Shown here: positions 13,465 through 25,160 of the stretch, one piece after another | How the letters are laid out: every line of letters starts with the position of its first letter | Position numbering within the stretch: the first letter of the stretch is position 1 | Assembly: GCA_043228905.1 (NCBI GenBank) | Contig: JBHGNT010000005.1 | Span: 16,864,001 to 16,928,000 of the forward strand | Length of the DNA: 64,000 nt | Direction of reading: 5' to 3' | DNA from: Azolla caroliniana | Lineage: Eukaryota > Plantae > Polypodiophyta | The notes under the pieces: model-generated | What the model saw: only the letters and a program-made list of their open reading frames with translations | Told to the model about the DNA's origin: nothing | The model's database searches: none | Program-made: the position numbers and the translations under genes

Positions 13465-16400
13465 TGTTGAGAGACAAGCTCAACATCGGCCGGATCGGCT
13501 GAAGAAGCCGAGGACCGGATCTGTTGGGACCGATCGGTTAGGCCAAATGCGTGCACCGGTACGCAGCCTAATGCGTAGGTAGGGCCGGATCGATGCGTAA
13601 ACCGGGAGGCCGTTAGGGAAGATATTTTGTGAGGAATATATTTGGGAGTTAGTGTAGGAGCTCTTAATGAGCATTGAATTATTGTCAGTCCTTCTAGGAC
13701 TTGTATAAAAGTGTTCATTGAACACACATATGTATAGAGTGGTAAATAGAGATTGAGTATTTTTTTGTGGAATATAGTTCTTGTGTTTTCTCTCTCTCAC
13801 TCTCTCTGTCTCTCCCATGTATACTGTGTAAGCTCAAGCTCTCCATTAAACCTGAGTTTTCTTCCTTCTGTTCGGTCTTCATACTTGCTTCCGCACGCTA
13901 CTTTTTACATGGTATCAGAGCGCGAGGGTTGAGAACCTCTCTGCAGCCAACACAGCTTGATGAAGAAGAACAAGAAGAACGATGGATAGAGGAATGGCGA
14001 GCTCGCTTCCAACAGAGAAGCTCGACAGAACCAACTACGTGTCTTGGTCCTATAAGATGCACCAGTACCTGCTCAGGCACGGCTACTGGAGTAATGTCGA
14101 AGGAGCTAATGACGCAGCACCCGAATCGACACACAGAGACTTCCCGTCGTGGGAGCAATCGGCGAGCAGGGTATTATACTACTTCGCGTCGTGTGTGCGC
14201 GAACAACTATTGAGCTATGTTCGGGATGCAAAGACGTCGAAGAGTGCGTACAAAAATTTGAAGAAGATTTTCACTGTGAGCACCACAGCCAGGAAGCTTC
14301 AGCTCCGACAGGAGTTGAGCAACCTACGACAACGCGACTTGTCGGTGGCGGACTATACCTCCAAGATCAAGGATATCTGCGACTCCCTCGCCTCCATAGA
14401 GGTGAACATCGAGGAGAGCGAGATGGTCCAGATCTGTCTCGGACGCTTGGCGTCCAAGTTCGGGGCGTTCCGAACGGCTGTGTGTACCCGGGAGAATACG
14501 CCGTCCTTTTTTGACTTACAGTCAATGCTCCTGGTAGAGGAGAACCACGCGGGTGCGTCTACAAGCACGCACACCGACAGCAGAATGTTGTACACGGAGG
14601 GAGATAGGCCCCGTGGATGTGGAGGACAAGGCGAGTCGGCGCGCAATGGAGGCGGCCGATGAGATCAAGGAAGAAGGCACTGAAGTGATGCCGACAGCAA
14701 CTCCGGACCCTCCGGAAACAGGGGGAGTCGAAGAGATGAGAACCGGCAAGCGAAGGCCATCGCGGAGTGCTCATATTGTGGCAACAAAGGCCACAGGGAA
14801 AGTGAGTGCTGGAAGAAGCGCGCCGATTCGGAGAGAATCGGTTCCGGAAACGGCTCCAAAAATACCGACAAGGGAAATCGGCAGTGATCGCACTACGCTG
14901 AAGACTCCGGGAGAGCCGGAGAAGGGTCTGCCTTCATGACGAGACACGAAGCAAACTCAATGAAACAGACCACCCCGAGATCGGACGAGGTGTGGTACGT
15001 AGCTCCGGCGCATCAAACCACATGACGAACCATCAGGAGTGGTTCTCGTACCTTGAAAAACCGATACAACCTGGAGTAGTCGCAACAGGAGACAACACTC
15101 CGCATCCGATCGCGAATGTCGGAGAAGTTCCCCTTAGCCATGTCGGGCAGAAAGGGAAACTCATGAACGTGTTGCACGTTCCGACAATCACGAAGAACTT
15201 GGTATCTGTCGGACAGATCGTCGACCAAGGGATGGAGGTCCGGTTTACACATCTCGGGTGATTCATTGAGGAAGAAGGCCGTGTGATTGCGCAAGGGCGT
15301 AGAGACGAGAGGATGTTCATCCTCGACTCCACTGACGGCGGCACCGCAATGTTCGCGAAGGGACAAAAGACCAAGTCCGACATCGGCTTGTGGCACAAGC
15401 GGATAGGCCACGTCAACTACCAGCGGCTTCAAGATCTGCAATCGAAACAGGTAGTGTTCGGATTGCCCAAATTTAGTGGCCGAAAGGCACAAATTTCTGA
15501 AGCCTGCCAGCTCGGGAAGCAACACCGACTTCCTTTCCCCAACGAGTGAAACCGGAGCCGGAACAAGCTCGACCTTATACACTCCGATGTATGGGGGCCG
15601 TCACAAAACGTTAGTCTTGGCGGGAGTCGATATTTCGTCTCCTTCATCGACAACCACACGCGGCACACGTGGATCTACCTCATTGAGAGGAAGAGCGAAG
15701 TCTTCGACTGTTTCCGGGACCTCAAAGGGTTCGTGGAAACGGAAACGGGACGAAAGATCAAGTGCCTGCGGTCGGATGGCGGGAAAGTGTACTTTTTCGG
15801 TCAATTCAACGGTTATCTACAACAAATGGGAATTCGGCGCGAATTTAGTTGTAGACACACGCCGGCGCAGAACAGCATGGCCGAGAGGAAGAATCGGTTA
15901 GTTGTGGAAGCGGCACGGGAAATGCTGGAGGAGAAGAGCTTGACAAAGTTCTACTGGGCCGAGGCGGTAAGGACCACGGTATACATCCAGAACCGGATCG
16001 GAGACAAAGTGTCGGCGCACGAGCTATATTTCAGAACGAAGCTGAACTTGCGACACTTGAGGGAGTCCGGTAGCATTGCGTATGTGCATGTACCGAAGGA
16101 GAAAAGGAGGAAGCTGGACGCAAAGGCCGAGAAATGCATCTTGGTCGGTTACTCGGACGAGTAGAAGGGTTATAAGTGCTATAACCCTCGCACCAAACAA
16201 GCGCGTGTTAGCCGCGACGTTGTGGTTGACGAGTCCGCATCCTGGTACCAGCCCCGAACTACGAACCCCGACTCCAATCCGAGCTCTGACGATGAGGTCA
16301 GCGAAGCCGAGATGCCTCCGGATGAGCCCGAAATCGAGACCCGCGAAGAGAGTCTGATTTCACTCCGTTTAAGTGGATCGATTGGACGACTGAGTCGGTA

Positions 16401-19267
16401 CGACCAGTCCAATGAAGAGCCGGCGAGTAGTGGAGACTCGGCTGTGCATTCCCCGCGCAGGAGGCCGAGGAGACGGCTTACGCGCAAAGAGAAATGGAAG
16501 AAGAAGGTGTCGGATTCCGGCACGGATAGGAACGAGTCAGACCGACGCGAGTCCGACTCCGAGGGAACTGGTGACGGGTCTTTAAAGGTGAAATCCGCGT
16601 CGACCGAGAAGGCCTCGACATCGGCTAATGTGAGATTACGCCGATCTACCCGCCAGAAGAATCCTGTTTTGCGGTTCAGATACAACGAGTACATGGCGCA
16701 TCATTATGCGTACATGACCTGTGTAGCTGAAGTGCGTGAGCCGGAGAGCTACGCAGAAGCGGCTAAAGACGCGAATTGGCGTGCTGCGATGGAGGAAGAG
16801 ATGCACGCATTGGCGGAGAACGAGACCTGGTACTTAGTTGACGCACCAAGAGGGGTAAGACCAATCAGGTGTAGGTGGGTGTACAAGATCAAGTACAACA
16901 CCGATGGCTCGATCACCCGGTACAAGGCTCGGCTAGTGGCAAAGGGCTACACGCAGAAACACGGCATCGACTACAAAGAGACATTTGCGCCAGTCGTGAA
17001 AATGACGACCGTCCGTGTTTTTCTCGCCGTAGCCGCGGCCAAGGGGTGGCAGCTACATCAGATGGATGTAAAGAATGTGTTCCTGCAAGGTGACCTTGAG
17101 GAACAGGTGTACATGGTACAACCCCCCGGATTTCACTCCGGAACGAACTCCTCGGCAGTATGCCGACTGAAGAAGTCCCTTTACGGACTGAAGCAAGCCC
17201 CGCGTTCCTAGAACGCGAAGATCACGCAACAACTGCGTCGGATGGGCTTCGTCATGTCAAAATCGGACTCTTCCCTGTTCATCCGGAAAGGTTGACTCGG
17301 ACCGGTTAGTATTTTACTATATGTTGATGACTTGGTCATCACCGACGTCGACCTAGGTGAAATCAACCGCGTGAAGCTCCAGCTTGCGGTATCGTTCGAC
17401 ATGAAGGATCTGGGCGACCTTCATTACTTCCTCGGGATCGAACTGATCCGTACCCCCGAAGGCATATTGATCAGCCAACGTCATTAAGTGATGAGTATGC
17501 TCTTCAAATTCGGGATGGCCGACTGTAAGTCCGTCTCGACTCCTCTGGACAGAACCGTCAAGCTTCGTCCCGATACGGGAAAGGTATGCGACCCGACGAG
17601 GTTCCAACAAATTGTCGAAAGCCTCATATACTTGACCATCACCCGACCCGACCTCAGTTATCCGGTCGGAGTGATCAGTCAGTTCATGGCGCGACCTACC
17701 GAGGAGCACCTTCAGTGTGCGCAACGCATACTTCGGTATGTCAACGGCACTAAGGACCAGGGACTGCTATATCGAACCGGTGCAGCCGCGCAGTTAGTCG
17801 GCTACACCGATGCTGATTGGGCTGGCAACGCCGCCGGTCTCCGATCCACATCCGGATACGCGTTCTCCCTCGGGAGTGCCGCGATCGCGTGGAGCAGTAA
17901 GAAGCAGCCGACAGGTGCACTATCGAGCACCGAAGCTGAGTACCGAGGAGCGGTTGTCACGACATGCGAAGCCATATGGTTGAAGCGGCTTCTTAGGGAC
18001 CTGCAAGAGGAGGTGTCAAATCCGACGACGATCTAATGCGACAACCTCAGCAGCATCCAGCTCGCGAAAAACCCTGTTTTCCACGCATGGACCAAGCACA
18101 TTGAGGTGCACTACCATTTCGTCTGTGAGCGTGTCCTTTCCGGTGAAGTCAAACTTCAGTACGTGCCGACGGATCGGCAGACTGCCGACATCTTCACCAA
18201 GCCTCTTGGTTTGGACAAGTTGCGTCAATTCTCAGGTGCACTCGGATTGCGTCACCTTGATGTGCCAAACTTGAGGGGGAGAACAGTCCCAAACGACCAA
18301 GCAAGGCAGCAGGAAAGGAGCGGAGACCGCAACACCGAGTCGGTTGACTTGGTTGTCGAGTTCGACTTCGGATCGGCTGAAGAAGCCGAGGGTGGACCCG
18401 CGGAAAAGTCCAAAAGCGGACAAAAGGGGAATAGCCGAAGGAGAGAGCCAAAGCCAACCACGCATGGGGAAGATGACGCCATCGAGGGCGAGAAGACCGA
18501 AGACAAGTTGGAGACAGCCAACTCGGACAAGAGCGAAAACCAATCGGAGGTAGCCGAGTCGGTTCGGATGTGTGATTCAAATACGCTGAATCAACCGAGG
18601 CCCAAGCGGAGAAAAAGGCAGCAGGAGAAGCGTCAACACCGCAACAGCAGAAGAGCTAATAAGGGCCACATGAGCAGACAAGCCGACCGGAAGGGTCGAA
18701 GCATGCCGAGTCGAACAGGTCGAGGAGCGCGAGCGAGACGTGAAGCCAGGAGGAACCGGAGCTGTGAGCCCAAAGATCCAGAAGAGCCTCAAGTTGAGCT
18801 TGAGGGGGAGTGTTGAGAGACAAGCTCAACATCGGTCGGATCGGCTGAAGAAGCCGAGGACCGGATTGGTTGCGACCGATCGGTTAGGCCGAATGCGTAA
18901 ACCAGTACGCAGACCGGTGTGTAGGTAGGGCCGGATCGGTGCGTAAACCGGGAGGCCGTTAGGGAAGATATTCCGTGAGGAATATATTTGGGAGTTAGTG
19001 TAGGAGCTCTTAATGAGCATTGAAGTACTGTCAGTACTTCTGTCAGTCCTTCTAGGACTTGTATAAAAGTGTTCATTGAACACACATATGTATAGAGTGG
19101 TAAATAGAGATTGAGTATTTTTTTGTGGAATATAATTCTTGTGTTTTCTCTCTCTCACTCTCTCTGTCTCTCCCGCGTATACTATGTAAGCTCAAGCTCT
19201 CCATTAAACCTGAGTTTTCTTCCTTCTGTTCGGTCTTCATACTTGCTTCCGCACGCTACTTTTTACA
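13465..19267 (+). mobile_element. Full-length Ty1/copia element H (pseudogenised)
   Basis: LTRs 13465-13909 and 18811-19267. TSD TACTT (13460-13464 / 19268-19272). PBS TGGTATCAGAGC at 13910 and PPT TGAGGGGGAG at 18801-18810. Confidence 0.95.
13982..18816 (+). pseudogene. Copia gag-PR-INT-RT-RNaseH polyprotein with many stops
   Basis: Gag (KLDRTNYVSW), SGASNHMT protease, [41 protein letters not shown], in copia domain order. Confidence 0.92.
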
Positions 19268-19848
19268 TACTTCAATGCTCGTACTAAGCTGCTGACACTA
19301 AATACTAGAACCATAACTACCTAGTAGATCCAAATCCGGCTCACCCCACTGGACACTGATCCGGCTCTTGGCTTATTCAATCCATGTTATCGCTAGGGCC
19401 GGACAATGGCCTAACACAGGGTGTCCCTTTGAGACACTTCACCAAAGGGGTGTTGCAGTGAGATAAAGTTAGACCGCTTATTAATGAAACCCTAATTGGT
19501 TACTAAGCGGCAAGATCGTTAGTCATAATAAACGCGTAGGATAAATTACACTTAGCATAGAACGGTAACTAACAATGATTAAGATACATAACAACAACAC
19601 TATATTAATTATCCGCTAATGATTACAATCTAACCAAGCCCTTTTATAGGTCTCTGGCTTTAGGTACAAACTGGTGCCAACCGACAACCGGTTATGAGTC
19701 GGTCCGGATCCGGATCGGCATACCGATTCCGGGTCCGTCCGTTTGCTTCTCAAAATCATAATAATTCTATAGTATAACTAATCAGCTCCCGGTTATTAAT
19801 TATCCCCCTTTTCCCATTCTGGACTTCCCTTGCTGGCCGGTTAACACA

Positions 19849-19867
19849 TGGCACGCCCGTGGGACAG
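19849..19867 (-). other. tRNA-Arg 3'-end-like sequence at the PPT position of element E
   Basis: The + strand reads TGGCACGCCCGTGGGACAG, 2 nt after the LTR end at 19846. It is identical to the motif at 3879-3897 in element orientation. Confidence 0.75.
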
Positions 19868-20299
19868 TACCTTGTACGTCGAATCCCATGATCTGGCCTT
19901 CATTCATCCTCCAAATTATCTAGAATGCTTTGATCTAAGGGTTTCAATGGTTCCTTGGGAAGCTGTTCTGTCGTTTGTTGTTGCTATTGTTCCTCCTCCT
20001 ATTGTTCCTGCGGTTGTGGCTGCTCTTCTTGTCGCTTCGGCTCCAGCTGTGGCTGCTGCTAGTTGACGTTCGTTGCTTGTGGCTCCGTCGGTCTGACCGG
20101 CTCTGTCTCCATTTCCAGCTCGACTAGTCTTACCGGCTCTTCCTCTATTTCAAGCTCTACTGGTCTTGGCGTCTCCTAGTTCTATTGTTCAGTGTGCACC
20201 AGTTCCTGCGGATGACCTTCCTTTATCGGCTCTTCCTGAGTACTATCTGGTTGGCGTCCCCCGGCTTTAACCGGCAATTGTTCTGAAAATGGCTCCTTG

Positions 20300-22819
20300 T
20301 CACTTATGCTAATCATCGTAGTTTTCTTGGCAACTTCTTGCCGTCACTGTTCCCGTTCGTACTTTTCGAAACGGAGTTGGTTGTCCAACTGGTCATCATC
20401 CAGTGATGCCACCAACTGGCATACTGCCACCCTCTGTTCATTAGCCAAGGATATGGAATCATCCTACAGTTCATCTTTTATTGCTTCAATGCTTTCTTTA
20501 TCCAGGATGTAAACTTCATTGCCCTCTTTCTGCCGGTTTTCCGTATCTGCCCGCAGCAACTATAGCTCTATTGCCTGCTTAGCCCACTTCGACCGCCATT
20601 GTACTGAGCTTTCTCCCACCAATTGCTTCGTTCAATTCCTCCATGCCAATACGATGTCTCGGATCCGCCCCAGCCCCATCTTCGACTTGTTTTTCCGCGG
20701 CCTGTTTTTCGTCCTTCAATTGTTTGATCAGGCTTGCAGTTGCCACTTCTTGGCTTCTGTAGTGCATGAGTTGGGTCTGATATGTCGTCTAAACTCTGTT
20801 TAGAGTCATTGTAGCGCTCTCCATTTCCGCATGGTGCTGCACTTGCAGGTCTAGTCACTCTTTTGATGTTGCCGCCAGTTGTTTCGCTACTTCGGCTCCC
20901 TTCGACTGCTCTTCCATCAATGCCGCCGTCAACCGGTTAATTTCCTCTCGGAATTCCCTGCACTTTTCCTGTTGCCGGTCAATTTCAGTAGTCAATTTCT
21001 TATGATCGGCATCCAAATGCTTATAATCCCGGTGCAGTCGGTCGAAGTCGTCGGTTTTCTGTTTGAGCTTTTGATTGATAAGCCGGCGAGTGCGGTCCTC
21101 AGGGTCTTTTTGTTGCCGAAGCTCTTCTTTGAGGCGCTCAATCTCCACTTCCGTCGTCCTCCGGAGTTTCTCTTTTTCTTGCAGGAGTTTTTCTTTCTCT
21201 TCTTTCAGCTGATCATATGCTTGATGACCTCTTCTCAAGCTTTCCTTTGCTCGGCGGAGACTGTTAGTCGTCTTCCTTTGTTCCTCCTATGTCGCTTTTT
21301 TCAAGTCTCGTTCCCAGGCTCGTAAGGCTTCTTGTGCTGCCAGGTCTTCCCTTAATGTGGCGAGCTCCTGTGTTGACGATTTATGAGTATCCGGGCTTGC
21401 TGCTATCACCAGGGTTTGATCGTTCTGTAGAGTTACCGGGGCCACCGGTTCCGATTGTTGTGGTCCTTCTATGACCAACTTGGCCATTTCTATTATGGCC
21501 CTCTCTATGTCTTCCTCCATGCTCCGGATTCTTGACTAGGCCTTCTCTAATTCCTCGGTTATGGCTTGCAACCGGTCTTCATGCGCTTTCTCTTCCGCTT
21601 CTGACTGGCACACGACCCCAGTCACTTGTTCTGCTACCCACCGGAGCCATTGACTGTCGGTGCCTTGTTTTCGTGTTGATTCTAGTCGTGGGATGGCATT
21701 TTCACTGGTCATGAGCCTACTATTGACGGTTACGTCAAGCAGCCGCTTTGGTTCTGGTTGTTGCTATTGCGGCGGTGACGCCGGTAATTCAATGATCAGT
21801 TCCTGATCCACCGGTACTACCGGGTCCTGGTCCGCTGGTTCCGCGATGTCCTACCGCACCAATTGCTCCGTCCTCGCTTCTTGTTGAGCCAGTTCTGTCA
21901 CCTTCCTAGGGTGCGGCTCCTCAAGGAGGGGTTCCCATATACTATCCTCCGTTAGCCTTGATGTCCCCCCTTCGTGGCCCTTTTCACTTGTCTAGCGACG
22001 CCGTAGCAGCGTCTCGGTCGGCTCGTCTTCCTGTTGTTCTTCTTCCAGGGTCTTGTTGTTGATTAACGCCGCCAAGGGGTCCTACCCCTGTGTTTTCTCC
22101 GGTTGTTGTTCTGCTTGTTGTTCCGATAGGCGCGGCTTGATTTTCAACGGTCTCCCCGAGGTGTCCACCGATGCCTCCTTCTCTGCCAGCCACTTCCAAT
22201 TAGGCCGTTCCTTCACCTGGGTAGCCAGGACTTGCAGCCATTTTGAAGTTGTTTTGGGGGTCGATTCTGTCGGTCTTCCCCTCTTTCTTTGTTTCATGGG
22301 CTCCACCGGTGGTGCTAACAAAGTGAGCCATTGCACCACTATTGTCCACATTTTTTTGTCATCTTTTATTGAGACGATGGCAGCGCTAAGGCCGTCGACA
22401 ATCATTATCGGCCAATCCACCTATACTCCCTCGTAGGTGGCTATGATCAAACCGGCTCTATTCCTGGGCATCGCCGGTGGTCGGGGGTATACATGGCCAT
22501 ACTCGTGGAGTACCCGAGCAATTTCCCGAAACAAGAGGTCTTCACTGCCTTGCGCGCGGTACGCGTTGCTGCCCATGGAGTATTCCCCAAAATACCTCGT
22601 CAGCAGCTCCTGTGAAGGGTTGTCGATCAAGTAGATTCCCCCTTCCGGTAGGCCGGTCATGGCTTGGATGGCTTCCTCGGTGATGACCTCCGTGTCGATG
22701 TCTTTAACGACATTTTCCGCATCTCCGTGCGGTAGTGCTTCGACTATCCTCAAGAATCCCTCTAGACCGTGTTGCTTCAGCCATTTATTAGCGGCTTCTG
22801 AGAGTACTATGCATTCCAT
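20300..22819 (-). pseudogene. Degraded extra ORF of element E
   Basis: Pieces 22421-22819, 22082-22420, 21287-21520 and 20855-21238 (coiled coil). Homologous to 726-3410. The 3' boundary is approximate. Confidence 0.65.
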
Positions 22820-23230
22820 GTCGTCGTCGGAGTCAGTAGGTTGTGGTAAGATGGATGGGTGCGCATGTGTGTTCTGCGTGCTCTCGCCTGATCACTCGTA
22901 ATCACCTGTGTACTCTGAGATCTCTGTGTTCGTGAAATGAAAGGGATTCTACGGGGCGAAGGTTTTCTTTCTCTATGCGTGGCGCCTTTTCTTGATTCCC
23001 ACGCATGCACGTCTTGTACTAATATGGCAGTCAGTTGGCACGTGGTGCATTTTTTAAAGGGCTTTAATTAGCCACGCACCACACCTTTTCAAACTGCCCG
23101 TTCGCTCCTCGCCTCTGCATGATGATTTTTTTTATTTTATTTTATTTTTAAATTTGGGTTTTAGTTCACCAGAAGCACTAGGTCCGTATCCCGGTTATTG
23201 CCCATTTCACGTTTGCTGGCCACTTGTTTG

Positions 23231-24467
23231 TCATATCTTGCACCTCGTCCCGGTGATCCAACATTTGATAATCAAAAGCAAGTAATCTTGGGACCAACAC
23301 GATTGCACAAGACGCGGATTTTTCACACCCCGATGGATTCACGGATTACCGATGACATACGTCCAAACTTGATGACGGATAGTTTTGCTCAAGACATCCT
23401 GGCGCACATTGATACTTCTCGGGCATCCTGTTCTCAGTCTCAGCAACCAGGTATTGACTACCGACAATTCGAATATCATGATGGTTTGTTATTCTTTAAA
23501 AAGTGCGTATATGTCCCCGATTGCTCCTATCGCATTCAAATCGTCCAGCATTGTCACGACACCCATACGGCGGGACATTTCGGTAGTACTAAGACGTTAG
23601 AGCTAGTGCAGCGATCTTTTTGGTGGCCCCACATGCGCCGTTTTGTCGACGACTACGTGCGGACCTGTGATGTTTGCTGCCAAGCAAAGATGCCACAACA
23701 CCATCCATATGGCTTGTTGGAACCCTTACCGATTCCAAGTAAGCCATGACAGTCTATTTGTCTTGATTTTATCACAGATCTGCCAGTCTCGCAGGGGTTC
23801 GATGCTATCTTAACCATCGTCGATCGATATACGAAGATGGCACATTTTGTTCCGTGTACTAAGGCCATCACTAGCGAGGAAACCGTTGCCCTAGTCATGC
23901 GTGAGGTATTTCGGCATCATGGCCTCCCAGACAGTATCATCAGTGACCAAGGACCGCAATTTGTCTCCAAATTTTGGGAGCATCTCTTCAAGATGCTCAA
24001 GGTCTATTGCAACCTCTCCTCCAGCTACCATCCTCAGACCGATGGGCAGGCAGAACAAACAAACCAAACGCTAGAGCAATATCTCCGGTGTTTCCTAAGT
24101 TATCAACAGGACGATTGGGCCGAGATTCTCCACTTTGCATATAATAATGTTGTTCACTCCTCGACTCGAGTCTCCCCATTCTACGCTTATACCGGTTCTC
24201 ATCCTCGTTGGTCGGTGATCGACACCTCGGAGCTACCTACCAATCCTCATGCCGGGGATCATTTGGAGAGACTACGCAAGATCCAGACAGATCTCTCGAC
24301 TCATCTTCGTCATGCTCAACAGTCACAGAAGACTTACGCGGATCTTCATCGGCTTCCCTCCTCTTTTGCTATCGGAGATCGAGTATGGCTCTTACGTCGT
24401 CACATCAAGACTACTCGACCGTGCGACAAGTTGAATTATCGACGACTCGGTCCTTTCAGTATTACGG
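23231..24467 (+). pseudogene. Chromovirus (gypsy) integrase fragment D, part 1
   Basis: H-x4-GH..FWWP..CDVC zinc finger, LDFITDLP, SIISDQGPQF, YHPQTDGQAE, LGPFSIT. Cut by element C. Confidence 0.9.
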
Positions 24468-25160
24468 TGTCGTGAAGAAAACCGTCCCTTGGCGCAATCG
24501 GTGAATAGCGCACATGAACCGGCCCTTCACGTGTTTGCGCTCTTAATGTATATAATAGAGAATTAGGTACATAGAGATATCCTGGGTAGTTAGATTCGGT
24601 AGGTAGGAAGTAAATGAGGGAGACGGCTCCCTTCTTGACGCTATAAAGGAGAGGGAGACGCAGGGAGAAGGGATCGGGCATTAAGGAGGACGAAGTGCTG
24701 TCGGACCGGAACGGAACGCTTCTCCTCTGTTCGTTCACCATCGCTCTTCTCTGCAAGTTTTCAGGAGGCTCACGCTGCTTCGAGGAACGCCCATGTGTTT
24801 CCGGCAGCACCTCCACCGTTTTCTCCTTTCGTGCGCAGACGAACAGGCATCGGCATCTGTTCGCCGGCCTGTTCGGTTGTAACCGCTCGCGTGCTTTGTT
24901 GTGTATTCTGTTACTCGTTAATATACAAACACTTGTGTCTCCCTATCTCTGTGTCCCTTCGCGTCATCTGTGTTGACGGGTCGTGCCCCTTTGTTTCTTA
25001 CTCATACGTGACAGGGCGTCTCTCTCTTTCTCATTCCCCTTCTATCACCTGCTCTTCGGTCCAAGACCCCGATGGTCCCGCCTCGTTTCTCCATGCACGC
25101 GCGTAGTAACGCGACATATTTGGTGAACCCGACGTGAAGCAGGCGGCAGAGGAGCAGAAG

